Origin: Tubulanus polymorphus
Lineage: Eukaryota > Animalia > Nemertea
Length of the DNA stretch: 64,000 bases
Assembly (NCBI RefSeq): GCF_964204645.1
Contig: NC_134036.1
Location: forward strand, 5,052,600 to 5,116,599
Direction: 5' to 3'
Shown here: positions 13,405 to 26,958 of the stretch, in pieces
Layout of the letters: every line of letters begins with the position of its first letter
How positions within the stretch are numbered: position 1 is the first letter of the stretch
Notes under the pieces: generated by a model
Databases searched by the model: none
What the model was told of the DNA's origin: nothing
Seen by the model: only the letters and a program-made list of their open reading frames with translations
Program-made: the position numbers and the translations under genes

Positions 13405-13630
13405 GCGAAGCGATCAGATCAAATTGGAATCCCTGCCGAGGGATGAACGTAACATAGTATAGTCCCACGATATCAACAGGTCGAAATGCCTGCGGGAGGT
13501 ATGTGGCAGTCTCACAACGCCATCGAGAGTGTAAATCCTTGTCGAGGGAGGCACATAGTTTCACGATGCCATCGGGTTCGAAACCCTACGAGGGAGGCAC
13601 GTGGCCGCATGACATCAGGCTCGAGTCATT
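13405..13630 (+). repeat. Degenerate tandem array of MULE-TIR-derived ~51-bp units
   Basis: Repeated ..GATGCCATCGGGTTCGAAACCCT..GAGGGAGG..GTGGC motifs matching 25143-25480. Confidence 0.65.
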
Positions 13631-14247
13631 GCCTGGCAATGCTCGGGGTAAACGACAAAAAGACCCGTTTACGACGTTACATCGTGCGCCATTCTCCAAT
13701 ATAGAAAAACACAAAGAAAATGCGGCCGGAACTCGGCGAATAAACAACACCGTCCAGTTATAAATAATTCAGCGGCGAACTACACCCGGGAGGGCGCCTT
13801 ATTACGAAACCGTGCACTGCGCCGCTTCTGGAAGAAAAAAAAACACACAGACACGGTCCGGAAATTGCGTACAAGACCCGCAGGTTGCGGCGGCGCGCGC
13901 CGACGGTGGCCGAAAAAAATAAACACGTACGCGCGTAGAAAATAACATCCGAACCCCGCGGTATGACTGCAATTAGAAGCGGCGCAGAAGGCAACGACAC
14001 AAATTGCTGCCTTTTTATCGTATATTCGCTTTGATGTGTCGCATTTATATCTACGTAATATATAAGAAAAGCTTTTTACTATCGACGGTATGACCGCTCG
14101 ATAACGGGTTTTTGCTATTGTTTGCAACGACGTCAATATGATATACTTGAAAAAAGGTTGTGAATTTTCTGCAAACGGGATGATTCCTTCATTTTGATAT
14201 AATCCTTTGGATACTTTCCTCGTGGTTACTGTGTGTGATCCGAAAAT

Positions 14248-14599
14248 GTTCTACTCGTCGCTTCCCGCTACAGCTGTGAGTAGAGGGGGTTAAAAGAGAA
14301 CCTATTGTGTCTGTTCTACTCGTTGCTCTCCCGCTACAGCTATGGGGAGAGTGGGTTCACCGAGAACCTATTGTATTAGTTTTACTGCTCTCCCACTACA
14401 GCTGTGAGGTAAGCGGGTTCACTGAGAACCTATTACGTCTGTTCTACTCGCTGCTCTCCCGCTACAGCTGTGAGGAGAGCGGGTTCACCGAGAACCTATT
14501 ACGTCTGTTCTACTCGCTGCTCTCCCGCAACAGTTGTGAGGAGAGAGGGTTCACCGAGAACCTATTACGTCTGTTCTACTCGCTGCTCTCCCGCAACAG
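14248..14599 (+). repeat. 66-bp minisatellite array (~5 units)
   Basis: Same unit as 9724-10489, more diverged. Confidence 0.95.
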
Positions 14600-15206
14600 G
14601 TGCCAGGAACTTAAAAAGCTTTGTATCGATTTCTAGAAGCAGCGCGATTTTCGTGTCGCATCCGGCGTGAATATCGCGTTGCGCAAACAGCTCGTCGGAA
14701 GTGAAAACTCTTCTGTTTCGGTCGGCGTTACTTTTTACCGTCGAACGCGGCGTGAGAGACCTCGGCGACGAGCGCGCGCGCGCGAGCGTCCGTAATGGAT
14801 CACCGTGTTCCGTCCTGCTGCGTTTCCGACCGGAAAGTCTCGACGTCGATGTCGTTGTTTTTGCGCAGTGACACGCTGATGCTTAAACGTGTGTGTGTGT
14901 TTGTCGTTTCGAAAAGAAAATTCCGTTACTTTTGTCTAACGCGGCGCTTCTGTATAGATAAACGGGAATTCCGATAGCGATCGAACGTAGAAAATCAAGA
15001 TGAAAGAAAATGAAAAAATAAAAAAAAATTTCCAATCCTGCTGTATTAAAGAGTTTACAGAAAGCCGCCGGGATTAGGTCCTATCGAAATAAACAACCGT
15101 TGGTCCATTGTGGAATTAACATCAACACCGTCCACTACCCCAAGTCAAAATGCAACCCACGCGACACTGCGGGTACACGGGGATATGAAACCCAAACCTG
15201 GGTGTC

Positions 15207-15213
15207 TATAATG

Positions 15214-15251
<38 letters not shown>

Positions 15252-15315
15252 AAAAGTAATAATAATAATAAAAATAGTGATAATAATACTAATTATAATA
15301 ATAATAATAATAATG

Positions 15316-15374
<59 letters not shown>

Positions 15375-15375
15375 T
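15207..15375. repeat. (TAA)n microsatellite
   Basis: Imperfect TAA run; source of the poly-Ile ORFs. Confidence 0.95.
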
Positions 15376-16090
15376 CTAATAGTCTTTAGTGGATCAAGAC
15401 CCACATTTTCCACTGGTCCATCAAAATTAAACACATATACGACGCCGTCGATCCATAGGGTGGTATAAAACCCACACGAGTGTGGAAATAGGTCCACAGT
15501 GGAATTAGACCCGCAATGTCCAGTGTGGATGAAATTGGTCTCGAGTCAAAATTTAAACCCACACAGCACTGCGGTTCCAGAGTGGAATGTAACCCACACG
15601 AAAGTGGAACTGCGCGCCATAGAGCCGACTGTGAACCACTCAACGAGAGAGAAACTGGATCCGTTGCGAACCTAGTGAAAATGAATCCGCGCACATATAC
15701 TGCCGAACGGGTTCAGGTTTAAATCGACGACTAAAATCTAGCGATGAATTCTATACAAATATTTCATGATGAAGATGAACAGTCATCGCGACGGCACTAT
15801 CCCTTAGCCGTAAATGGTGACGAGAGTGTGATGGGCGTCGTATTTCATTCGAAGCAATCATCGCCGAAGTGAGTGCTGCTAATTTCGATATATGTATATG
15901 CAATTATCGGGTAGGCGACAGGTAATTAGGACGGTTTCACGTTTCTGACGGTTGAAAACAATTGGAACAATTTCGATTAAGCGGCTCGACGACTTCGTAA
16001 CTAAGACCCGTCAGATAACATTATGATATATGAGATATTTTACTAATTTTTCATTTCTAATAGGTTCCCAGCGATATTTAGATGCTACTT

Positions 16091-16320
16091 CACCCGACCG
16101 AATCGAGGATTCCTCCGGGGAAAAATCTTGACCGGCCTGAATTGAGGGTTGCTCCGGGGAAAATCTTCAACCGGCCGAATTGAAGATACCTCCGGGGAAG
16201 ATCTTACCCGATCCCCGAATATTGAGGATTATGGGGAAGATCTGCACGTGAGCGAGTGGGATTTTCCTCACCCCACTGAATTGAGAATTCCCGTCGGGGA
16301 AGATCATTACCCGACCGAAT
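16091..16320 (+). repeat. ~38-bp degenerate tandem repeat
   Basis: About 5 copies of CCGACCGAATTGAGGATTCCTCCGGGGAAGATCTT-like units. Confidence 0.7.
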
Positions 16321-17344
16321 GCCGAGCTTTATAAGAAAAAGGATTTGTCGGTTTTAATATCGATCTTGTAACACGGGATTTTTCTTATAACAATCGTTTG
16401 ATCAATTTCGATTCGATTTGAACGTTATGGTGTCCGATAACGAACCCGACGCACCTGCCGGGAACGAAACGGCGGGTCAGCGGGTTCGTTCGCCGAGACG
16501 AGGCGCGCTCGCGCGTTCAGACGGGTATAACGAGGCCGGTGAACGCGTAAGTGTCTCCGAAAGGCTATAATTCCTTTGAAGCGAAGATGACAAGACGACG
16601 GTTATTAAAGCAAACACTCCATTTAATTTCGACGATGAAATTTTGTTCGCCGCGAGTAGCGGATCGATAACGCGAATGAAAGAAGTTGTGGAGAGAGGGA
16701 GAGGGGAATGGAGAGATGAGTGATGAGAAGAGAGGGGGAAGAATGATGGAAATTAGGGGGGGGGGGTCAAAAGGTGAAGGAAACTTGCAGAGGGCAAAAA
16801 CAACCGCAAACTACCAAGAATCTCGACATAAATAATCGGCGACTAACATATCAAGGACGCTTTCCCGGTAAAAACAAAAATGTAATCACTTATCAAAATA
16901 GCCGCCAGGCAGCTGTCGGAAACTAGTCCTTTTACTTAACGGGGAATAAGCGATTGTTTTTCGTCATTAGCGATGACCCCGGAACGGAAATCGCCACGGG
17001 ATTATGCACGGTCATCGTTCGGTTGTAAAGATGGCCGCCAGGCAGTTCGTTCACAATCGAGTTCGTTATTTCGGAACGTTTATAGACAGGATACCTCGGA
17101 AGGTCATCACCTCACGCCGCGGACAATACACGGAAATAGAACCTATCGACGATCGGAGGTATGATCGATGATGTTTGCCGAGTAAGTAAAGATGGCCGCG
17201 AGGTGGGTCGTGCACGCTCACATCTCGGTTAAGCTCGTTAAAAATGGATGATGGACATTCTTAGAAAAACGATGTAGGTAATATACGCGATAAGGAGAGA
17301 GGGAGAAAAAGGGCATCGGATGTGGATTCGATGGAGTAACCAAC

Positions 17345-17472
17345 CATCCTCCGGTGCAGGGATTCGAACCTGATGGTATCGAGATTGCCAGTGGTCTAGT
17401 GCGGCAGGGATTTGTGCCGTGGCTGTGTGAAGCGATGCCATCGGACGCTCGAATCCCTACCGAGGGAAGATG
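17345..17472. mobile_element. Internally deleted copy of the MULE-type MITE
   Basis: Both TIR ends present; 9-bp GGAGTAACC on both flanks, slightly offset from the termini. Confidence 0.75.
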
Positions 17473-17570
17473 AGGAGTAACCGCTACATTGCTGGGTAGT
17501 TTCTCCGAGTCGGGATTTCCATCGGAATGGCTCTTCAGATACCCAGTAGATGCCGCTAGTAGGTTTTCGG

Positions 17571-17709
17571 AGGGGAAATGGAATTGGAGAGGGAGAGGGA
17601 CAGGGACAGGGAAATGGAGTTGGAGAGGGAGAGGGAGAGGGACAGGGAAATGGAGTTGGAGAGGGACATGGAGGGGGACAGGGAAATGGAGTTGGAGAGG
17701 GAGAGGGAG

Positions 17710-17740
<31 letters not shown>

Positions 17741-17860
17741 GGAGAGGGACAGGGACAGGGACAGAAACAGGGGACAGGGACAGGGACACGGACAGGGACA
17801 GGGACAGGGACAGAGCAAGAGGGAAACGGATACAGAGGCGAAGGTGGACAGGGAGACGGA
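17571..17860 (+). repeat. Polypurine (GGGACA/GGGAGA)n tract
   Basis: Runs of GGG separated by 3 nt; source of the GQ/RD/GT-repeat ORFs. Confidence 0.9.
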
Positions 17861-18375
17861 ACGGTTAGTGCACGTGAGGCCGCGTGGGGCGCTGTTCAAC
17901 CACCGCGACTATACACCGAGACAACAGCGCCCGATGATGGATTACGCGCCGGCGGCGATATATCAGATACCGCTGATGAGTCGTCACTGGGCGGCAGAGA
18001 TCTATGACAAACACAACCGGTGTAGCGGCGATTATCCGCCACTTACACTAATCAGATTAATGAATCCATCTGATCGTGCGAGTACATAGTAATGTCGTAT
18101 TAGCTAGTTTTACAAGAGTGTACATACGCAACATAGATTTCGGTACGGCGCGCGTAGTTAATAGGTATACGTGATAAACATTTATGATCGACGCTGTCCG
18201 AAACCGTGACCGATTACACCGCCGAACAGTATTTGTTGCCATAAAATAAGAATTCGAACACATCCGTATGAGCAAAGTGGTTTATTCTTAACTTTTGGTA
18301 TAGAACATACACTACGGGTTCTTGCAAGCGCGTTGGAAGCAATTTTTGATTGCCGCGACCAATTTCCCCTGCCCT

Positions 18376-18545
18376 TACAGCTGTAGCGGGAGAGCGGCGC
18401 ATATAGAATATATAAAATATGTTTTCGGTGAACCCGCTCTTCTCACAGCTGTAGCGGGAGAGCGGCGAGTTGAACAGACGCAATAGATTCTCAGTGAATC
18501 CCTCTCCTCCCAGCTGTAGCGAGAGAGCAGCGAGTAAAACAGACC
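18376..18545 (-). repeat. 66-bp minisatellite, inverted copy (~2.5 units)
   Basis: Reverse complement of the 66-bp unit (ACAGCTGTAGCGGGAGAGC..). Confidence 0.88.
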
Positions 18546-19880
18546 GCAGCTCCCCAGCCGCGCAAACAATATTCGGAGAAAATTCCAAATTTCGAAAATA
18601 TCGCTTCTCCCCCGGCGCTTGAATATCGTATACCGCGCGAGCGTCGAAATGAAAATCGGGGTGTTTGATGCGTAACCCAGTTTAGTTTATTAGAAGAAAA
18701 TGGCAGCCGTTTCTTTTTTTCAATAATGTGCACGATACCGAGATCGAGACAGGATTCGGGCGAATCTTCGACATCGCGCAGGTGGTGTGGCTCGAGGTGG
18801 TAGATATTTCTGAAGATTCAGAAGAAGGGGGTGAGGGGCAGAGGCGGCGGTCGGATGGGGTTAATAAGACGAGTAAGATGTTGATTAAACGAGGTGAATG
18901 AGGGGAATGAAGGCGAAATTTGCTGATAAGTTGTGCAATGTATAGACAAATGGAGCGAGAAATACGAGGAATGAAGCCGGTAGGGATGAGGAATGAAGCC
19001 GGTGTGTAATATGAGGAATTAACGACGAGTGATTAGGAACGAACAGCAAGAAAAGGATGACGAACGAATAAGTTCGGATCGATGAGGAATGAAGCTCCGA
19101 GGGATGGGGAATTAACGAGGATAGATAAGGAACGAGGGACGAGAGTAATACGAGAGGGAGATGATGAATGAAGGAGAGGGTTTGGGATCGGATGAAAATG
19201 AAATAAGGGCGTCGGTTATAGGAAAAGACGGACGGAGGGAGTGCAGCTTTAAATTTATTTGAATTCTAAACAGCCGCAAATGAAATAAGGCGGAGTGTTG
19301 ACACGAGCGAAAAAACGCAATCAGAGATGCCTATAATCCTGCGCCGCTGCAAACACGAATTAGAACCGATTCCTTCGTCATCGTCGCCATCGACACCGAC
19401 TGAATTATTTGATCGGCGCGTTTGGCGGTGATCGCGTTGACGAGCCCGATCGCAATTATAACGGGCTAGAGTTAGCGGCTTGAAGAACGCCGAATCGAAT
19501 CTTCAAATCGAGCGCCGCCGCGACGCGACGAGATATCTCGACGAACGAAAGTGAAAAAAATGAAACAAAAAAAGATGAAATTCGTTTCTCGTTCGCGACC
19601 GCGAGAGAGGCAGCGAGAAAAGTCGAGAGTCGCCCGGTTGAATTAGATCTGAATGAATGCGGTTCGAGAGGCGAAGCGAACGAAATCCACTTCGAAAAAC
19701 TGAAAGCGTGATTAAATCACGGCGATTTTAATGAACTGAATCTAACGAGCGTTCGCGCTCGATGTTCGCATTATATTACGAGTTATCGAGATCAGGTCGG
19801 TGCAATGATCGGCGCCGATTTCGATTCAGCCGTTTTGAATGTTCGTTATATTTCGAAGATCTCTTGAAAAGTGAAAATAT

Positions 19881-20470
19881 ACCTCCGTCTCTGTCTCTAT
19901 CCCCGTCTCCTCCTCCCCCTCGCTATCCCTCTCCCTCTCCCTCTCACTATCCCTCTCCCTCTCCCCTCCCTCTATATCACCGTCTCTCCCTCCCTCTCTG
20001 TCTCCCTCTCCCTCTACGCCTTCCATCCTTCTCCCTCTATACCTTTCCCTCCCTCTCCATCACCCTCTCTATCTCCGTCACCCTCTCCCTATCCATCTAC
20101 CTATCCGTCTCCTTCTCCCTATCCCTCTCCCTCTCTCCCTCTCTCCTCTCCCCTCCCTCTATATCACCGTCTCTCCCCCCTCTCTGCCCCCTCTCCTTCT
20201 CCCCTATCCCTCTACGCCTTCCCTCCTTCTCCCTCTATACCTTCCCCTCTCTCTCTTTCTCCCCTCCCTCTCCGTCGGCCTACTTATCTCCATTACCCTC
20301 TCTCTCTCCGTCACCCTCTCCCTATCCAACTCCCTATCCGTCTCCTTCTCCCTATCCCTCTCCCTCTCTGTCGCCGTCTCCCTGTACGTTTCCGTCTCCC
20401 TCTGTCTATGCCTCTCCCTCCTCTCTATTTCTCTTTAATCTACTCCCATTTCACCTCTATCTACCTCTTG
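19881..20470 (+). repeat. Polypyrimidine (CCCTCT)n low-complexity tract
   Basis: CT-rich, with an internal duplication; source of the SP/LP-rich ORFs. Confidence 0.9.
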
Positions 20471-20974
20471 CTCTAATGGGCACGATACCCTTCTACCCCC
20501 TGAGGACACTCTACCCGCCGTTAACCGATCGTACCGCTACAACCGCTGAACGATCATACAGCGCGCCTGCTGATCGGTATACGTATGGGAACGTGCCACG
20601 TGCGACGACCAGTTAATCGTCTCTAAATTAGAGAATTCCATTTAACCCGAGTCGGTGGGGCTCGTCTTCCATATCCGCGCCCGCCGCAACTCCCGTGTAC
20701 AAACAACACGCGCCGTTTACCAGCGCGCGGCTATTAAAACCTCGTCTCCCGTGTATAGCGGAAATTCGCCGCGTTTAATTCTCGTAACGTTCGCTTTCGT
20801 TGTTGTATAGAGTAAAATAATATCGACGGCGCATAAAACATGCCCGGCGATGTAATTAACCGTTTAATCCGGTATAGTTCATAAATCTTCGTATAATACG
20901 CCGAGCGCGCGCCAGCGGAACAAACGTATTCACGATCAACGACGCCGTAAAAAGTGTCTAATGGCAATGAATAG

Positions 20975-21340
20975 TGGCGACCTTCTCATTCTCGATAGCT
21001 TTCGAACTTGTCATTCGTGATAACTTAACTTGACAACGATTCAGTAAAATTATGATTAGTTACTAATGACGACTTTCTCATTTTCCATAACTTCAACGAT
21101 TCAGCAAAATTATGATTAGTTACTAAATGTCGACTTTCTCATTTTCCATAACTTCAACGATTCAATAAAATTATGATTAGTTACTAAATGTCAACTTTCT
21201 CATTCTCGATAACTTCAATGATTCAGTAAAATATGACAAGTTACTATTTAATGACGACCTTTTTATTCTCAAAAACTTGAACGATTCAGTGAAATTATGA
21301 TTAGTCGCTAATGACGACCTTCTCATACTCAAAACTTCAA
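20975..21340 (+). repeat. ~60-bp tandem repeat (~6 units)
   Basis: Unit ATGACGACTTTCTCATTTTCCATAACTTCAACGATTCAGTAAAATTATGATTAGTTTACTA. Confidence 0.9.
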
Positions 21341-22372
21341 ATAGAATATTACTTAAATCACACCATAATCATTATGGTTCCTTTCACTTAAAAAAGTATG
21401 AAATTAATTCGATTATTCTAGTCCGTTCTTTCCTTGGCATATTTCATCGAATTTACGACATTCAACACAGCCGCTTTTAAATCATCATCTCCGCTATTCC
21501 CCTCACCCGACTGTGCGTGCGGACAATTCTATTAAATCAGTCATATTTTTCAATCACTGTTGAACTTACGTTATGAGATTTTTATCGGTAATAGGGCGGG
21601 TGGGAGTGCTTTTTCGGAGCGAAAACGACGCCCGTAGCGGGCTCGGCCGCATAATGTAACTACAACGGCATATTTGAAGGTAATTAATGAAGTTATCATC
21701 AAACTCGCGGTATATATCGAGCTAAGAGGATGGTATATACACATTTTAAATAATAATTAATTACACAGCCATGTGATTTACGCGTAATATGACACCGTTT
21801 TAATGGGCTCTACCCGCCCGAGCCTGTATATCGCCAACTATCAGCGGTGATGGTTGATATTGAAATTAATACGCTTCAACGCAACGGTCGTTCGGGAAAT
21901 GGCGATAAACCACGTCACCGAGAGGATGTAGCGAGCTTCCTGTTGCGACTATCGTATAGATGAGCCGCGTATCTAACTAACCCAGTGCCGTTCACCTGAC
22001 GAAAGTGAATACTAGTTAGTAGTACGTATGTTAATTCGGGCCCAGCTCGCTTCGAATTCGACGATGAAAACTAGTTTTCAAAATATACAATGCTATATAT
22101 GACTAGATAACACCGGCCACCAGACGGCGGATTCAATCGGATATTAGACCGCCGATTGCAAATACATGTTTTTATCTAAATCGCGCAATTCCCTATAGAC
22201 AATATTAAAAGATGACATTTTCTACGCTGAGCGTTTGGTAAAGCCTTGCTTGCACGGATCGATCTACTTTAGAAATAAAAATTCGTCTGGCTTCAATTGA
22301 AATTTACAAGAACAAAACAATAGAACAAAGTGAGTGATTATAAGATAAAAAAAGAGGTGTGACCTGAACAGT

Positions 22373-22414
22373 ACACCTGACGATGATATCTAGTGTGAGA
22401 TCGAAACGTCGTGT
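22373..22414 (+). ncRNA. Minimal type-I hammerhead ribozyme (family A, second copy)
   Basis: ACAC-CTGACGA-T-GATATC(loop)GAGATC-GAAA-CGTC-GTGT; downstream ~85 bp is homologous to 1489-1574. Confidence 0.82.
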
Positions 22415-22576
22415 TCTTATATTTTAGATTATTTCAATTAATAAATTCTCGATTTTAGATTTCTTTTAATTTTTAAAATAGTGGGCTTTTATCTTATCAT
22501 CTGTTCACCACGTTTGAGTGCGGTTATCGTACCGAAGTGAGTGATTAAAAAGTTGATCGCTTCCATTATCTTTTAA

Positions 22577-22862
22577 CCCTTTCAGTGCGTCTACACCACA
22601 GTGCGGTGTATAAATCAGTGACAGATTTTGCAAGTACACCGCAATGCTGTGTATTGATGTAATTACTAATTGGTAATCATCTCTCTTGAAAAATGGCAGC
22701 ACCAGTCAAACATAGAAATACTAGTAACTTACGATACACCGCGCCGTGGTGTAACCGCACTATAGTGGTATTCCCGTTATTCAACACACTAGGGTGGAAT
22801 TTCTAAAAATTTTCAAATTATCTCCAGCACTATAGGGTATTAATTACTCAGCACTGAAAGGG
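22577..22862. mobile_element. piggyBac-type MITE (286 bp)
   Basis: TIRs CCCTTTCAGTGC / GCACTGAAAGGG with TTAA TSD on both sides. Confidence 0.88.
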
Positions 22863-22976
22863 TTAATCATTATCATCTACTAATCTATTCCCCCTTTCAA
22901 CTTTTTTGTCACTATCTTTTTTCTATTGTTTTGTTCTTGTATACATTGCTTGTGTCATTCTCATGTCCCCAGCACT

Positions 22977-23018
22977 GAGCCTGATGATGGCTGATAGTCT
23001 TTAGCCGAAACGTTCCGC
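22977..23018 (+). ncRNA. Minimal hammerhead ribozyme motif (family C)
   Basis: CTGATGA-T-GGCTGA-tagtct-TTAGCC-GAAA-CGTT: core and 6-bp helix II intact; helix I poorly paired. Confidence 0.7.
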
Positions 23019-23469
23019 GAATATTATGTACTCTTCTATTCAAGTTTCTCGTGGCTATATTTATCGTGGGATTTCTCTCGTTAACTCTACCTCAAAGAAA
23101 TGTTCTAATTCAATCTATTAAAGTGTGTAAATTGACAGTCAGACTATGGGCGTTAGTTGAGATGCGTAAGGTCTATATTTTGTTACTGATTGAAAGCAAT
23201 TGAAGTTCCCCAGCACGGTGCTACGATTGAGAGAAGCGACGGTGAAATGATACGCTGGCATTCAAGGGGTTCGAACCCGGGACTCGTGCGTGGGAAGCAA
23301 GCCCGCTTTATAAACAGTTTACGAATAGAACTAATCCTAGTGGTTATGCATTTTGTAGCGTGTGCGTAAAATTTCCTCAATAGTCAATGCTTTAAAAGGG
23401 GTAATAATACCATAAATGTAAAACACTCTGAGCAGCCTGGCTGGATTTAGCGCTATATAAGACACATAT

Positions 23470-24292
23470 TGTTATTATTATGATAATAATTATTATTATT
23501 GTTATTATTTTTATGATTATTATTTTTATTATAATTATTATTATTATTGTTATTATTATTATTATCATTATCATTATCACTATCACTATCACTATCACTA
23601 TCACTATCACTATCACTATCACTATCACTATCACTATCACTATCACTATCACTATCACTATCACTATCACTATCACTACCACTACCACTACCACTACCAC
23701 TACCACTACCACTACCACTACCACTACCACTACCACTACCACTACCACTACCACTACCACTACCACTACCACTACCACTACCACTACCACTACCACTACC
23801 ACTACCACTACCACTACCACTACCACTACCACTACCACTACCACTACCACTACCACTACCACTACCACTACCACTACCACTACCACTACCACTACCACTA
23901 CCACTACCACTACCACTACCACTACCACTACCACTACCACTACCACTACCACTACCACTACCACTACCACTACCACTACCACTACCACTACCACTACCAC
24001 TACCACTACCACTACCACTACCACTACCACTACCACTACCACTACCACTACCACTACCACTACCACTACCACTACCACTACCACTACCACTACCACTACC
24101 ACTACCACTACCACTACCACTACCACTACCACTACCACTACCACTACCACTACCACTACCACTACCACTACCACTACCACTACCACTACCACTACCACTA
24201 CCACTACCACTACCACTACCACTACCACTACCACTACCACTACCACTACCACTACCACTACCACTATCACTATCACTATCACTATCATTATC

Positions 24293-24343
<51 letters not shown>

Positions 24344-24370
24344 GTTATTATTATTATTATCATTATTATA
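23470..24370. repeat. Compound microsatellite (ATT)-(ACTATC)-(ACTACC)n-(ACTATC)-(ATT)
   Basis: Directly visible; source of the poly-V/T, GS and LP ORFs. Confidence 0.97.
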
Positions 24371-25142
24371 AGACAATCTAGCGAACTACGGACAACCCAC
24401 CCATCTCAACAGACCTTCGCGCAAATTCTTAGAATTAATGCTATCTCAATCGAATATATCAAAGCAATCGCCGAAGGAACGTAATCTCATCGTCTTCGGC
24501 ACAAAAAAAGCGAATTCATATTTGAAAAAAAGAAAAAACAAGAAAAACGACGAGTCGCAGGAAATCTCGTTCTAAACTGGGAATAACGCCGGAATAACGC
24601 CGACTCGACGATGACGTATCTTCCAATATCGCTGATTAAATCGCGAAATGGCCCGGAAGACCGAACGAACTAGAAAAAAAACGAGTTGCAGCGCTCGCGA
24701 TAATAGAAAATAAAAACGATGATAATAATAGACATAGACGAATGAAGAATGACTGTTGGGATTTCGACGACGCAATCCGGCTGATTGCCCGCGCCGGTTT
24801 TAGCTCGCGTAGGAAGAGATGGCGCGTTGTTCCGTTTTTTTTTTTTTTTAAATTGAACCGTAACCGACTTTGTTGTGACAGCGAAGCAAATCGGCTTCCC
24901 CGCTGTGTACAATAGGCAATCGGTTTCCGATAGCGTTTTGCCTCTCTGGGGAATAATTTGATTCGAATACGAATCGTATTTTTAATTGCTAAGGGCTGAG
25001 GTTGCCTTGTCGGTTGCCTTGAGGTTGCCTTTTTTTTGTTGTTGTATATTTCATTTTGCTTTTGATATTTCAACTCCAGATTAAAGTTGGTTGTTTTTTT
25101 TTAACTGGAAGTCAAACAGCTACTGGAGCACCTGGCGGATCG

Positions 25143-25480
25143 CCACGTTGCTATCAGATTCGAATCATCGTAATGAAGGAACATGCCAGAGACTCACGAT
25201 GCCGTCAGGTTCGAATCTCTGCGCTGGAGGAACGTGGCAGAGTCTCGCGATGCCACCCCTCGCGATGCCACCAGGTTCGAATCTCTGCGAGGAAGGAACG
25301 TGCAGGGTCTCGTGATGCCATCAGGTTCGAATCCCTGCGAGAGAGGACCGTGGCAGAGTCTCGTGAAGCAATCAGATTCGATTCCCTGCGAGGGAGGACC
25401 GTGGCAGAGTTTCGCGATGCAATCAGGTTCGAATCCCTGCCCGGGGAGGAACGTGGCAGAGTCTCGCGATGCCATCAGGT
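25143..25480 (+). repeat. ~51-bp tandem array derived from the MULE-MITE TIR (B-box in each unit)
   Basis: Unit GTGGCAGAGTCTCGCGATGCCATCAGGTTCGAATCCCTGCGAGGGAGGACC, about 6 copies. Confidence 0.85.
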
Positions 25481-25981
25481 TTAAATCGAACAAAGGGAGG
25501 GAGGCAACATAGCGTAGAATTCCTTTCGCAGAAAAAAATACTCGGCATTTAAAATCTGCGACGACGGCGCGCGCATCAGAGAATATGTACATTACGACCA
25601 CGCGACGCTGGAGCCGTGAAAATCAACCTAACTCAATTTTCTCGATTCGGCTTTTCGAGACGTTTTCTTTTTTCACAGCAAATCTCACCCGGTCGAGTTG
25701 GAACCCGATGAGACGGGCTGTCGAAAAATATAATCATCCGGCGTGCTGGCGCGCGCGACAGACATTACCACCGCGGCTCATAGACCGCATTAGACAAACA
25801 TCACCGGCACCACCAGCAGCCACAGCAGCAGCAGCAGCAGCAGCTTTCTGCACGTAAATCCAGAAACTCGATGCTTATAATCGAATAAGTGGACGGCGTT
25901 GAAGTAGGTTTTCGCCTCAAAAAGCGGCGACGACCGCTTCTGAAGTGACGACAATTGCATCTTAAGGTTGACTTATTTCCA

Positions 25982-26220
<239 letters not shown>

Positions 26221-26771
26221 TAATATAGCAATAATACAAGTATGTGGCCACTTCGTTTTCCCGCAATGCTCGAATTAATATCGGGCATTTTTTCGCTCGC
26301 GCGGTTGCCATCATTCCTCGTAACCGGGGGAGATGGGGTAACAGCACCGTCGACTATCCCACCAGAAGGCGTTACGAGATCTCGGCTTTGCGTCGAATAA
26401 CAGTCGACTGAATTTTTAGGCAACCGAATGCATACGTTATTTACAGGACCCACTGAAACTATCTGCTGGAAATAGTAATAAGTTAATACGCATTATGTAT
26501 AACGTATTGTAATTGATATTGTAATAGTGGTAAGTTCGGCCAATATCCTGTATAATCCTTATTAAGCGAACAACCTGTACCGCTGTTCACGTTCGATTGT
26601 TCAATTTATTCCGAAATGTCAAAAAATGAAGTCTAAACTACGTTAATTCACTATGAGAAATAAGCCTCGTCGTTAGTGCCGTCTGAGAGATGTCGTCTCT
26701 AAGTTTTGATCGAACCTGGTATCTCCGAATAGTACATTGAGTTTATTCTCTAAGTATTCAAGTACTGGGTA

Positions 26772-26958
26772 CATCCTCCCTTGACAGGGATTCGAACCAG
26801 AGGGCATCGAGATTGCCACTTTCGGAACCCTGCCGCACTAGACCGACATCATCTAAGCTGCGCATGTACCTGCGCACCCGGTCCGGTGTGGCAGGGGTTC
26901 TTGTCATGGCTGAGTGTAACTATGCCATCAGGATCGAATTCCTGCCGTGGGAAGATAT
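26772..26958. mobile_element. Diverged copy of the MULE-type MITE
   Basis: Both TIRs and the internal AGCTGCGCATGTACCTGCGCACCCGGTC segment match 8680-9019. Confidence 0.75.

Noticed and set aside
17396-18089. Gly/Gln- and Pro/Cys-rich ORFs
   Set aside because: Low-complexity GGGACA tract open in several frames on both strands.
19762-20616. Ser/Pro-rich extensin-like ORF
   Set aside because: CT-rich simple repeat.
23255-23310. tRNA-like B-box segments (also ~9160, 35100, 47962)
   Set aside because: No complete cloverleaf; more likely SINE/MITE fragments than tRNA genes.
23392-24484. Long poly-V, poly-T, GS and LP ORFs
   Set aside because: Translations of a compound microsatellite.
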